The notes under the pieces were generated by a model. That model did no database searches, was not told where the DNA came from, and worked only from the letters and a program-made list of their open reading frames with translations. Position numbers and translations under genes: made by a program. Positions 1-11,811 of a DNA stretch of 64,000 bases are shown one piece after another. Numbering within the stretch: position 1 is the first letter of the stretch; every line of letters starts with the position of its first letter. Origin of the DNA: Mustelus asterias. Lineage: Eukaryota. The DNA lies in NCBI RefSeq assembly GCF_964213995.1, contig NW_027590135.1:310001-374000 (forward strand), in the 5' to 3' direction.

Positions 1-159
1 CAGTGATGAACACATCACATGAATGAAAACAATTCTCTGCACCCAGAAAGCGCTCTATCCAACACACTGACTTGCCCAGGCACTGAGAGTGGGCATGCTC
101 CCCAGGGGCACCCGCGGGGCAATCGGTGCTGGAACTTTCCCCACTGCCACTTGTCTCCC

Positions 160-405
160 ATTCCACCAAGCTGCCTGTGTCCTTTTGAAGTTTCCCACTT
201 TCCTCCTCACAGTTGCCAATGCCTCCAAGTTTGGTGGCGTGTGGAAATGTTGAGCTTGTGTCCTGTACACCAAGGTGTGTGTCATTAATATATATCAGGA
301 AGAGCAGGGCTCCTAACACCGAGCCCTGGGGAACTCCACTGGAAACCTTCCTCCAGTCTGAGAAACAACCATTAACCACTGCTCTCGGTTTCCTCTCACT
401 CACAC
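160..405 (-). mobile_element. Old CR1 LINE RT fragment (near-copy at ~49236-49480)
   Basis: Minus strand reads ERKPRAVVNGCFSDWRKVSSGVPQGSVLGALLFLIYIND, a CR1-type RT segment. Confidence 0.75.
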
Positions 406-439
406 TGTTCCATATGGGGCGGTGAGGATGGCCTCGCTG

Positions 440-680
440 CACCATCCGCTTCATGATGCCGCTCCCCCGGCTCCCTCGCCGCACGTCCGCCGGACCCGGG
501 CGCCTCTGCTCCGACCTCCGGCTCGGTATTACTGCGTCCACGCGCGACCCCGCTGAACTTCCGGGAACCGCACCGCGCATGCTCCGCGCAGACAGACGGT
601 TTCCGTGGACGCGGCCGAACGGCAGCTGCGCCGTGCGGACCATTCTGAATGAGATAGACCGTATTCACCCGCGCGCTGCA
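440..680. promoter_or_regulatory. CpG island, candidate housekeeping-type promoter
   Basis: Dense CpG in an otherwise CpG-poor window; ETS motif ACTTCCGG (~557) next to NRF1-like GCGCATGC (~575). Confidence 0.6.
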
Positions 681-690
681 TCCTGGGTTA

Positions 691-872
691 ATTATGATGT
701 GGAATGCCGGCGTTGGACTGGGGTAAATACAGTAAGAGTTTTAACAACACCAGGTTAAAGTCCAACAGGTTTATTTGGTCACAAATGCCATTAGCTTTCG
801 GAGCGCTGAAAGCTAATGGTATTTGCTGCCAAATAAACCTGTTGGACTCTAACCTGGTGTTATTAAAACTCT
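691..872. mobile_element. Penelope pLTR fold-back (palindromic) insertion
   Basis: Arms of ~65 bp (734-799 / 808-873) are reverse complements; flanked by 10-bp direct repeat tcctgggtta (681-690, 873-882). Confidence 0.85.
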
Positions 873-889
873 TCCTGGGTTAGTTACAC

Positions 890-1262
890 TGATAGCCAAG
901 TTCCGCACACATGAGAACGGCCTAAACCGGGATGTTGGATTTATGTCATATCATCAGTAACCCCCACAGCTTGCCCCTGGTCTTGCATAATCTCACCAGC
1001 TGTTCTGTCTGGAGACAATACACATCTCATTAACCTGTGTTTAATGTTCCCTCCAACCACATTATCTGTACCTTTTAAGACCTGGCTGGCTGTAGAGATT
1101 TGCATTCTAATTAGTATTCTGTAACTTGATTTCTGTGTCTGTGCACTGTTGGAGAACAGAGACCACTCCATCTGACGAAGGAGCAGCAAGCTCTGAAAGC
1201 TTATGGTATTTGCTACCAAATAAACCTGTTGGACTTTAACCTGGTGTTGTGAGACTTCTTAC
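890..1262 (+). mobile_element. Penelope-like element 3' end plus pLTR
   Basis: Encodes the end of the GIY-YIG domain (LIAKFRTHENGLNRDVGFMSY); 10-bp TSD ttagttacac at 880-889 and 1263-1272. Confidence 0.9.
1168..1206 (+). ncRNA. Minimal hammerhead ribozyme motif in Penelope pLTR
   Basis: ccat-CTGACGA-a-ggagc agcaa gctct-GAAA-gc-TT-atgg: catalytic boxes, stem II hairpin, stem I ccat/atgg. Confidence 0.75.
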
Positions 1263-2990
1263 TTAGTTACACAGGCCACCATTACATTGAATAAAACAGC
1301 ACAAGGAATTAAATTTAAACCCATCAGCATTCCGAAAGAGATTTCCTCGCCCTTTCGTGCAATACTTCCTCTTATCTAAAATACAGCCTCAAAATGTATT
1401 CCTATCCTTATTTGTCCAATGACATTTTGAATTTACTTTTCATTCTAATTGGCTTCTATTACAGGCATCATATTCAAGATCACAGCAATTTGCTGCCCAA
1501 TGTAACGACAAATGTGTTCCCTGACGGTTTTCTTTGTTCTTTTATATCATTCACAATGAACCCGTGCCAGTGGTTCACAGAAACATTTTCTTTCAATTTA
1601 CTCCATTGAAACTGATCACGACTTTACTCACCTCTCTGAAAACTCCTCTCAACCTTCGTACTGACTTCAAACGGTATGAATGCAGGAAGTATGAATTTAG
1701 TTTCGAAGTTCTGTAATTACATAACAAGTGAGCTGCTGCAGAGACAAACAGTTAATAGCAAATATTTCAGATCAACATCTGCCCATCAGAACTGTCTGAA
1801 GTTAGAAATGTAATACATTACAGGCAAATGGAGAGGAGAGGGGCTCATGTGAAAAAGAATGAAATGGAATATCTGTGACATGCACAGATGCATTAAATAA
1901 TAAGAATTAGTTACACAGTGAAAGGGATAATCACCAGATACATAAAGTAAGAAAAATCTGAATGGAGGAGAGGTGCTCTGAACACCAGGAAAGACCCAGG
2001 ACAGAATGATCCATGTGAGAGTGAGATGCAGAATGAAAATGGCAGGTGACTAGAAACTTTTATCAGAAATTCATCATCATTGTGAACTGATTGGAAATGC
2101 TCCACGTGTGGGACATGGGAGCGACACACTTGAGAACCCTGCCAACCACAGAGCGGTGAGAGGATTGGTTGAGGAAAGGGAAGAACTATCAGAAGTTCCT
2201 GAATGGAAGGCCGCATTATCTTTCCTCACAGTTCAGTGTCTATATGCAGGAGAATTAGCTTTTGCAACATTATATTTTTTCTAAAATTTCACTGCTAATG
2301 ATGTGCTCTGCATTGGTAGATTGAATGACTGCTTTGTGGAACATCTCCCATCAGTCCAGAAGCATGACTCAGATCCAATCCTGAACGAGAATCCCAAACC
2401 TAAATAAAGTAAACTAGGAAGTTATGAGAGGTGAGTTTGCTAAAATAGATTACGGATCAATAGATTCATAAAATGGCATAACGGTCGATAGGCAATGGCT
2501 AATATTTAATGTTTCATATTTAAGGCATAGTTGTATGTAATGAAAGAGTTATACATTCCTTTCTGGCACGTAAACATAACTGGAAAGTGGCCCAATCATG
2601 TCTTACAAAATAATTAAATAGTATTGGATCCAAAGAAGAATATGAGATTATAAAAGTGTGGAGCATCAGTCGGCCATTTGTCACCTCGAGCCTGCACCGC
2701 CATTCAATAAGATCATGGCTGATCTTTTCATGAACACTTTACACAAATGATCAGTGGGTCCATTCTCCTTTGTCTGTGCCTCCTGACAGTCCTGTTCTTA
2801 ACACCCGTTAGAAAGAACGCATTTCTCCCGCAGGATAATGTTGTGTTTCTGCCCTCTCGTTAATCTCGGTTCGCTTCCATTCGATTCAAATCCACAGAAA
2901 GTAAAGAGAGAGAGAGTTATCCTCTCTGATACCTGTTTGATTGTCAATTCACAGAAAATGAGCCAGATGTCGAAAAAAAGCCGTTAGCGC

Positions 2991-3062
2991 GAGCTTGTGG
3001 CACAACGGTAGCTCGGCTGACCCCAGATCCGATGGTTGCGTGTTCAAATCACATCAGGCTCA
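2991..3062 (+). tRNA. tRNA-Trp(CCA)-derived, likely pseudogene
   Basis: Colinear with vertebrate Trp-CCA; acceptor stem pairs, D stem and anticodon stem disrupted, U33>C; T4 tract follows. Confidence 0.8.
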
Positions 3063-3267
3063 CGGCGCTTTACTACAGTTGGTCTTTGGATTTTGTCTCT
3101 GGGAAATTGATTGTTTACAATTGTGTCCGAAATTATAAATTTCAAATTATGATAAAATGATTTTTTAGGTATACTTCCGGTTTCCACGCACAGATCATAT
3201 TTTAGCATTTTGCAACCTTAAAGCAAGCCCATGGTCCGAGATGATTCTCGGTGTCAACAAAGTGGAC

Positions 3268-3418
3268 AGCGAAATGGTGATGATTTAACCTGAGGATTCA
3301 CAGCTCAGGCGGGGAGCAAGGCTGAGAAGGCGGGGCCTGTATCAATAATCTCAACCGATACGGGAATTGATCCAGAGCTGTTGGTTGAATCTGCTATCCA
3401 GCCAACTGAGCTGAACCT
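3268..3418 (-). mobile_element. tRNA-headed SINE (family with core ctcaggttaaatcaccacc; related copy 6886-7006 +)
   Basis: A-box-like head gctcagttgg on the minus strand; core sequence shared with 6886-7006. Confidence 0.6.
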
Positions 3419-3547
3419 GTGACAAATGCGCTGTATCACCCACGGTAAGACAAATCAAGATGACGAAGCAAATTTACTGTCAAGAAAACCCTGATATGCA
3501 ATTGGACAGCAGCGGAATACGTCTTTTTGATACGAGTGAGAATACAA

Positions 3548-3619
3548 TAGCAAAGGATGGTTTCGATCCAGCAACTTCTCAGTTATTAGCACAGCACGCT
3601 CCCGCTGTGCCACTCTGCT
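3548..3619 (-). tRNA. Initiator tRNA-Met-derived pseudogene (anticodon now AAT)
   Basis: AGCAGAGTGGCACAGCGG...GGATCGAAACCATCCTTTGCTA: iMet-type ends and GATCG T-loop; anticodon arm broken. Confidence 0.8.
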
Positions 3620-3968
3620 CCGAAGCGCGGTCGCTTCCTGCCTATTACTATTGCGCGGGAGCCAGACAACTATTGGTTGAAATCAAGAAGCTCACCCTGG
3701 CGGGCGAATAACACGTAACATCACCTCGAATGTAACAGATAGAGAAAGACACACAGAAAAGCAGTAAGAGGCTCTCAGGGCACACACACAATAACAGACA
3801 GAAAAGGAGCCGAGAAAAGCAGCAAGATACTAATTATTTATGAAAATGTGTTTTCTTTTATACAAAGATAGGCCCTGGTTTGAAATGCATTTCCTGTGAC
3901 TGTTCTCTCCGCTGCGGAACTGGGACTCTGCCGTTGACAGATCTTCACTGTGGTTCTTGTCAAATTCT

Positions 3969-4100
3969 TCCCTGTTGTGTAAATGTGTTCTCGGTTGTGT
4001 AAATATGATCAGTCTTAAGCAGAAGTTTCCTCTGTTCTGTAAAGGTGTTGCCTGTGGTGTGAAATGTTCTCTGTTGTTCTGTGAAGATGTTTTCTGTGGG
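3969..4100. repeat. Degenerate ~20-bp tandem repeat (ctgttgtgtaaatgtgtt-like)
   Basis: About 5-6 imperfect units visible. Confidence 0.5.
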
Positions 4101-4699
4101 AAAGCAATCGACGGGAATTTCAAGGCCGCCATTACTGAAACTTGCTTTCAATTCCAGGTTTATTTAGACTGAATGGTCTACTCCTGTTTCTGTTTTCTAT
4201 CCATATTTCTATGTCTTAAATCAGTGAATTTAATTTCACCAGCTGCCGTGGTGGGATTTACTCCCTATCCCCAAATATTAGTGCCCAGTGACCAAACCTT
4301 TCACCCCTGTAAACAAAAGCAGTTCATTCAGTTCATTATTAAACCTCTTCCTGAGGAGATTTGAATTCCCGCCACAGAATTTCAATTAGCCGATTGATAC
4401 AAAGCATTTTGTTCTCGTTGGGAACATCAATAATTTATCCAGATCAAACAGATATTGTGGAACAGTTCGAATTTAAAAATACTAAGATGAGTGAGAATTA
4501 AATGAACAAAGTTACAAGGAAAGGAATCTGAGAAAGCTCCTTGCAATGTTTGGAAGGAACAGTGGATTGCAGTTAACGGGCGAGAGCTCGGTTTCCAGGA
4601 GATTCCACCAGATTTCTGTATAAAGCGACCGGGCTTGAACCCGTAATTTTCAGGTAGCAGCACTGAAAGCACTGGAAATTAGACACCTCATCCGTTAGG

Positions 4700-6080
4700 C
4701 CACAGTCACTTTGATGGAGCATGTGGAATATCCCTTGTTCCAGTCCTGTTCAGGCCCCTCTCCCGCACCTCTTTTTCTGTTACATCTTCGACTGTATCGG
4801 TGCCGCTTCCTGCTCTCGTCTACAGCTGGAACTTTTGCTTCCAATTTCCACCCTCGCTCCTTCACATGGTCCATCTCCGACACTTCTCTAACCTTCCTTG
4901 ACCTCTCTGTCTCCAATTCTAGATAGACTGACCGCCAGTAATTAAAACCCCACCGACTCACACGTCGAGTAACGTCAGAAGGATATAGATAGGCTGGAAA
5001 TTTGGGCAAAGAAATGGCAGATGGAGTTCGATCCAGATGAATGCGAAGTGATGCATTTTGGTAGAACTAACGTACGGGGGAGCTATACGATAAATGGCAG
5101 AACCATAAAGGGTGTAGATACGCAGAGGGACCTGGGTGTGCAAGTCCACAGATCCTTGAAGGTGACGTCACAGGTGGAGAAGGTAGTGAATAAGGCATAT
5201 GGCATGCTTGCCTTTATAGGACGGGGCATAGAGTATAAAAGTTGGGGTCTGATGTTGCGATTGTATAGAACGTTGGTTCGGCTGCATTTGCAACATTGCG
5301 CCCAGTTCTGTTCGCCACACTACCAGAAGGACGTGGAGGCTTTAGAGAGAGTGCAGAGGAGGTTTACCAGGATGTTGCCTGGTATGGAGGGTCTTAGCTA
5401 TGAGGAGAGATTGGGTAAACTGGGGTTGTTCTCCCTGGAAAGACGGAGGATGAGGGGAGGCTTAATAGAGGTGTATAAAATTATGAAAGGCATAGATAGG
5501 GTGAACGGTGGGAAGCTTCTTCCCAGATCGGTGGTGACTTTCACGAGGTGTCATAGGTTCAAAGTGAGGGGCGGGGGGCGTGTGGGGGGAGGGGGGGCGT
5601 GAGGGGGCAGGGAGGTTTAACACGGATATCAGAAGGACGTATTTTACACAGAGGGTGGTGGGGGCCTGGAATGTGCTGCCGGGCAAGGTGGTGGAGGTGG
5701 ACACACTGGGAACGTTTAAGACTTATCTAGATAGCCACATGAACGGAGTGGGAATGGAGGGATAGAAAAGAATGGTCTAGTTTGGACCAGGGAGCGGCGC
5801 GGGCTTGGAGGGCCGAAGGGCCTGTTCCTGTGCTGTATTGTTCTTTGTTCTTTGTTGAGTACAGATCCTGATACCCCGCTCCCTGTAAGGACCCCATCCC
5901 CATTCTCCTAGTTTCTTCACCTCAGTCACAACTGTTTCCCTGATTCCTCTTTCCAAAACGGCACTCCTGACATGGACTCCAACTTCCTGAATCCAGGATG
6001 CCTCCACCCGCTCCCTCGGCGTTTAACTGGGCGGTGAACCGTGTCCTATTCATGTCCTCACACCCTACACCTCCCAGAGC
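4700..6080 (+). mobile_element. Old Penelope-like RT remnant split by a CR1 insertion
   Basis: FASNFHPRSFTWSISDTSLTFLDLSVS...KPTDSH upstream and a CKDPIPFS-like continuation downstream of the CR1. Confidence 0.65.
4972..5856 (+). mobile_element. 5'-truncated CR1 LINE (3' end of ORF2), same family as 58412-61260
   Basis: ORF 5021-5602 matches the C-terminus of ORF 58386-61154; ttctttg tail repeats; TSD gagta at 4967-4971 and 5857-5861. Confidence 0.9.
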
Positions 6081-6240
6081 CACGATCCGCTCCCAAAATA
6101 CAAAAATAAAACTGCTATTCTTATTGTTTTCTTTTCCATCACTTCACTCAATATTTTGTCGATGCCTTCACGAAATCCAATAGGAATGGCAACCAGTTTT
6201 CAAGAAATGGCTGAAGAGAAGAAACAGCTTTTAACACACT

Positions 6241-6322
6241 CGCTGCGAGCAGGGTTCGAACCTCCGCAGGGAAACCCCATTGGATTTCAAGTCCAACGCC
6301 ATAACCACTCGGCCATCGCAGC
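6241..6322 (-). tRNA. tRNA-Ser(TGA), best-preserved tRNA in the window
   Basis: GCTGCGATGGCCGAGTGG...TTGGACTTGAAATCCAA...GGTTCGAACCCTGCTCGCAGCG; acceptor and anticodon stems intact, one T-stem mismatch. Confidence 0.88.
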
Positions 6323-6375
6323 TGTAGCCACCAGCTCACTTACCAGCTTATTAATAGCTGATTCCCTCAAGCTTT

Positions 6376-6428
6376 ACCGTTGAATGTTTTACCAAAGAAT
6401 GAGACGCTCTCCGTTGCGTCACAGAGCC
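6376..6428 (-). pseudogene. Possible tRNA-Arg(TCT) 5' fragment
   Basis: GGCTCTGTGACGCAACGGAGAGCG resembles the Arg-TCT 5' end; the rest is lost. Confidence 0.4.
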
Positions 6429-7029
6429 ACACCTACATCAGTTACTTCCCATCCCCATATGGGAATTTCTGACGTTGTCGAACAGACACATCAAAAGTTC
6501 AGCATTGGGACATTGACTATATTTCAAAAATACTTTGTTGTCAGTGAAATATTTTGGGGCGTCCTGTGGGTGTGAAAAGAGTTACAGAAAAAAACTCGAA
6601 AAGGACACAGACAGCTTGGTGGAATGGGATGACATGTGGCAGATGGAGAATGAGGTGACGCGTTTTGGTGGGAAGACCGTAGTGTCAATATAAAATGAAG
6701 CGTATAATGCCAAAAGTGGGTGCAGGAACAGCGGGAAATGTGTGAACATGTGTTGAAATAATTGAAGGTGACAGGATAGCCTGTGAGAACCGCACAGTAT
6801 CCTCGGATTTAAAACGAAATCAAGACGTTGATGCAAATTTATTGCAAAGAAAATGCAGATGTGCTATTAGATAGCACATTGGAAATTCTCAACCTTGCCC
6901 CTCGCCTGAGGTGTGGTAATCCTTAGGCTAAATCACCACCAGTAAGCTCTCCCCTTTGAGAGGAGGAGCAGGCTCTGGTCATTTGCGACTACAGCGACTT
7001 TACCTTTATATCTGTGTCATACTCTTTGA

Positions 7030-7510
7030 TTTTATTTGATTTGATTTATTATTGTCACATGCATTAGTACACAGTGAAAAGTATTGTTTCTTGCATGCTA
7101 TGCAGACGAAGCATACCATACATAGAGAAGGAAAGGAGAGAGTGCACAATGTAGTGTTACAGTCATAGCAACTTGTAGAGAAAGATCAAATTAATACGAG
7201 ATAGGTCCAATCAAAATTCTGATGGCAGCAGGGAAGAAACTGTTCTTTAGTTGGTTAGTGCCTGTCCTCAGACTTTTGTACCTTTTTCTCGACGGAAGCC
7301 GGTGGAAGACAATATGTCCAGGATGTGTCGCTGCTTGATTAAACTGGCTGCTTTTCCAAGGCAGTGGGAAGTGTCAATGGATGGGGGGCTGGCTTGCGTG
7401 ATGAACTGGCTTTGTTTATGACACTTTGTAGATTTTTTGCGGTCTTGGACAGAGCAGGAGCCAGACCAAGCTGTGAGGCAACCAGAAGGAATGCTTTCTC
7501 AGGTGCATCT
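7030..7510 (-). mobile_element. Rex1/Babar LINE 3' fragment
   Basis: Reverse complement of the 3' UTR and aataaatcaaatc tail seen at 27600-27765. Confidence 0.75.
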
Positions 7511-7721
7511 GTCTGTATTCAGACTGTGTTTTGCATTATCTGCTGCTCAATGAGGATTGGGATCTTTCTGATTTGATCAGTTGAACTGTGTGTGGAGAAG
7601 TTACTTGTTCCGACTGTCAGCTTCCGGAACTGAAACATAGTTTGTAAATTAATTCTGCATCTGTCAATCTTTGATACTGCAACTGAGTTTCTGTATCCCC
7701 TCATTTTGAATCACCGATTTA

Positions 7722-8020
7722 TTTTCTTTATTCATTCCTGGGATGTGGGTGTCGCTGGCTGGGCCCGTAATTATTGCCCATGCCAAATTGCCCTTGAACT
7801 GAGCGGCTTGATAGGTCACCTCAGAGGGCAGCTTAGAGTCACCAAAGCTGCTGAGGGTCGGGGGACACATTCAGGTCCAAACCAGGTAAAAATTCATTCC
7901 TGAAGGGACATTACTGAAGCAGTTGTGTGCTTTTAAGACAATTGATTCATGGTAATCAGACTTTTAATTCCAGATGTTTTTATTGAATTTTATTTTTATT
8001 AAATTTCACCACTTGCCGTG
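7722..8020 (-). mobile_element. Shark tRNA-derived SINE (tail ...cccacatcccaggaatgaataaa), partial
   Basis: Body and tail shared with 45525-45880 and 22441-22627. Confidence 0.7.
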
Positions 8021-8726
8021 GTGGTGGTGGTGTGTGTGTGTGTGAGGGAGAGAGAGAGAGAGGGAGGTTCTCACATAATCAGTCTGTTTGTGAGTGTGGA
8101 TTAACCCTTTATATTCCCTCAGAAACACTGTGATCCCCTTGTTTTTGTGAATTCCTGAGAAGCACTTGTACCTCTGAGACCCTGGTGGTCGGGTGGAGGG
8201 TGGGGTGAGGGTTGAAGGCAATGCCGCAAGGTGCTGAGTGTGAAAACAGCCGATTTTAAAGCATGTGTGTTGGAAAGTGAAGAGTGAACTTGTCTGTGTG
8301 AAGATCACAGAAAACCTGTGTTATGCGTTGCGTCCAAGAGACAAGTTTTGTGTTGTCAGTAAATGAACTCCTGTAATAAATGCACAAAATCAGAAAGAGG
8401 AAATGCTGGAAATATTCAGCGGCTCCGAAAGCTGCTGCGGAGAGATATTCCTGTCGCCAGGATGTAACTCTCCTATTGGATACTCCACGTTGCTCAGATG
8501 TTACAATCTCAACACCTTTGTGTAAGGAACAGGTGGGGCGGGGATTGGGTCTTTGTTAATTTGAGCAAACAGAGCAATGCAGCAATGAGAAGCTCCTCAG
8601 TTTGGGGAAGGATGGAACTCAGATCCAGGCTGGGGTTCAAAAATGGAAAAAAACACATCGAGTTTTAAATGTAATGGCAATGAAGATGGAATTCAAATCA
8701 GTTTGTGCAGAGGTTTTGTCAATGTA

Positions 8727-8809
8727 GTCAGGATGGCCGGGCGGTCTAAGGTGCTGCGTACAGGTTGCAGTCTTCCCTGGTGTTGTGAGTTCCCATCCCA
8801 CTTCTGACG
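8727..8809 (+). tRNA. tRNA-Leu(CAG)-derived pseudogene
   Basis: GTCAGGATGGCCGGGCGGTCTAAGGTGCTGCGTACAGGTTGCAG...CCCACTTCTGAC; B box mutated. Confidence 0.8.
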
Positions 8810-8938
8810 GTGATTGTTTTCCTTCGGGAGGCACCATCCAAACCCAAGAAATCTCTCACCGAGCAGCACAAGAGCAGCAGATGCTGAGGAACAACGACCA
8901 CCTGGAAGTTCCACTCCGAGACGCACACCATCCTGACT

Positions 8939-9034
8939 TCATAGAAATCATAGAAACCCTACAGTGCAGAAGGAGGCCATTCGGCCCATCGAGTCTGCAC
9001 CGACCACAATCCCACCCAGGCCCTACCCCCACAT
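8939..9034 (-). mobile_element. HE1 SINE 3' fragment
   Basis: Matches the 3' end of the full copies (ctgcactgtagggtttctatga). Confidence 0.85.
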
Positions 9035-9744
9035 GGAACTTGGAAACATATCGCCGTTCCCATGGCTGGCTCACAATCCTGGAACTCCCTCCCTCACAGG
9101 AGTATATGTGCACATACAACACATGGATTGCAGTGGCTCAAGTCTGAATTCATCGCCAATTACTCAAAGATAAGTAATTTGGAGAATAAATGCTTCTCGG
9201 GCCAGCGGCACACATATCCCGTATGAATGAAGTATTTTTTAAAAAATCACCTCGTGCCACAGAAGGAGCACATCTGCCTTCAGAGCAGAAAACTGTGTGT
9301 ATGAATCACATCCTGAACACGGCTAATTTTATACCAGATGCGTGCCTGAAAACAGTAAGTGGAACCAGCTCACGATAAACCACTCAATGTTGAGTGGAAG
9401 AGTGATGTGTGTGATTCCGTCTGATGTGCTTTCTTTTGTGAATTCCTGAGGAACACTTCCCCTGAGACCCTGGTGGGCGGGTGTCGGGGAAAGGCGGATT
9501 TGAAAGGTTTCCAGGGAAATCGGTGCAGTCTTGATGGGCCACTGTGGGATTCAGTTATTTTTCTTTCATGAATCGATCTGTGGAGAGAGAACCGGTCATT
9601 CCCGTGAAAGGTCTGCATCTGAAATGTGAACTATCTCTATTTTCACAGATACGTTCCAGATCTGGTGGTATCGCTTTTTTCACAAATATGACCAGGTCTG
9701 GCACGTATTTGCAGTATTCCGCTCTGGCAGGAGTAGCAGTATCA

Positions 9745-9821
9745 GGCTCTGTGGCTTAGTTGGTTAAAAGTGCCTGCCTCCTAAAAAGACTCGATCCTTG
9801 GTTCAAATCCCAGCAGGGCCT
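9745..9821 (+). tRNA. tRNA-Thr(CGT)-derived pseudogene
   Basis: GGCTCTGTGGCTTAGTTGGTTAAA...GGTTCAAATCCCAGCAGGGCCT; anticodon arm degraded (reads CCT). Confidence 0.78.
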
Positions 9822-10778
9822 TATATTCCTTTCTAGTGATATTTGCAACAGCGCAAGTTACAATACCTAAGTATTTTTATCATCTTGCAGCAAAAAACAT
9901 TTAATCTGCAATAAACCCAATGCTGTAAATTCTAGTTTTCCATTTTTTTCTCAGGAAATTTCTAACACAGTCAAATGGCCTTAGAATCACACAATCCCGA
10001 CAGTGCTGAAGGAGACCATTCTGCCCATCGAGTCTGTCCTGACTCTCCGACAGAGAATCGCACACAGGACCTATCCCTGCTGCACCACACACCCACTCTG
10101 CTAATACGAACACCTTGGGGACCAAGGGGCAATCTAGCATGACCTGCTCACCTTTGCACTATGAGAGGAAACCGGAGCATCTGGTTTCCTGAGATAACTT
10201 GCCTGGGTGAATGCAGCTTGAACAGCACTACAGGCGTTTGGCACCATCCAGGACAAAGCATCCCAATTCATTCGCTTCCCATGCATAAAAAATCACTCCC
10301 TCCACAACCGACGCACAATGGCAGCAGTGTGCACCATAGACAAGATGCACTGCAGCAACTCAGCAAGACTCCTTTGCCAGCACCTTCCAAACCCACGACC
10401 ACTACAGCCCAGAAGTACAAGCGCAGCAGACACATCAGACTAACACCACCAGGTTGCAGGGCACTGATATTTATTTATAGATTGTAGTTATTTATAAGTT
10501 GTTGTTGTGTCTGTGTGTACTTTAAAATCTTTATCTTCCAAAAGAAGCGAAATATCTAATTGAAAAACATGTTACTATTTCTAACCCAACCAGCGAATGT
10601 TGTGTCGAACTTTAAGAAAGGCCCTGGGACTTGCGATTTATTTTCGAGTCAGTGGTTTCCCTGGGAGCCGAGTAAACAGAAGCAGCATGGAGAGATGGCA
10701 GAGCAGGAAATGTCGGTGCCGAAGCTGAATCACATCAATGAAGCAGCAAACTGTTTGCGACTAACCTGATCCAAAATC

Positions 10779-10869
10779 CGACTCTGTTGGCTCTCAATCC
10801 CACAACCTTTGAATGGCTGACTTGCCATTATTTCGAGGTCCAACGTGCTATCCATTGAGTCACAGAGCC
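10779..10869 (-). tRNA. Intron-containing tRNA-Arg(TCT)-derived pseudogene
   Basis: GGCTCTGTGACTCAATGGATAGCACGTTGGAC...[~18-nt intron]...TTCAAAGGTTGTGGG...CAGAGTCG; T-loop destroyed, anticodon reads TCG. Confidence 0.78.
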
Positions 10870-11811
10870 GTGTGCTGGAAGTTCACTTTACTTGTCCATA
10901 TATGGATTTTTGACAATGTGGAAACTATTGGTCAGTTCAACAATCTCATAGTTCAAATGTCAAGGACTGTTAAGAGCGACTTTATTGATTGCAAGTCATG
11001 TTGAGACATGTTGTGTCTGTTGAAGCAGCTGTTTTTGTCCTCTATACAGGAAATCTGTCCATCACAGAATGATCCTCCCTCTCTCTCTTTCTTATTCTCC
11101 TGTACAGCTTGGAGTCAAATCTCGCAGGTTTGATAGTCGGGAGACACATTCTACTCTACCTGTCACAGGGCTGATCAGAACCCGTTCCCTGCTCCAGTTA
11201 AACACCTGCACAGAACACAACACAAAGCTGGAATCTGGAAATCTGAAACACAAACAGAAAATGCTGGAAATGCTCAGTAGCTGAGGCACAACTTTTGATT
11301 AATGGAGATTTCTGTAAAACAAGATTCTGAAGCACAGCACAGCTGCACAGTTTAAAGTTTCCCTTCATCCACAATGGATGCTCCATTCTATGATTTTGAA
11401 CAATTCAGATTGATCATCTGCATTGTTATTCTCGTCGCCACAGCCTGAAAACCACTTCAGGCATTGATGTCACCCTTGGATTTTAAATTTGTAAATCCAT
11501 TCTCTATCTTTTAAAGCGACTATTGAAACTGTATCCATCACCCGCTCAGTTCTTTGTGAATGAGAAGGGGAATTGAGGATACATTTGGATAACTTTCCTT
11601 TGACTAAATTTGTACCGGAGCATGAAGGCGGAAATCACACACAGCACGTCATGAAACTCACCCGCTAAACATTGAAAGGTGACAGTGTTTAATCAAGGGA
11701 TGGTTCTGTTTATTCATGTATTATTAATGGAGAATAGAAAAGTTGGAACATTATGCAATCTGGGCAATACAACTGAACAAAGTGAAACACATTGGGGACT
11801 GGGCAGGATAA

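Noticed and set aside
453-758. 101-aa plus-strand ORF in the CpG island
   Set aside because: GC-driven open frame that runs into a Penelope pLTR, with no recognisable domain
4620-4680. B-box-like GGTTCAAGCCC on the minus strand, faintly tRNA-Asn-like
   Set aside because: No acceptor stem or A box can be built
3548-10869. Apparent anticodon switches (iMet to AAT, Thr to CCT, Arg to TCG)
   Set aside because: Each sits in a structurally broken copy, so this is decay rather than recoding
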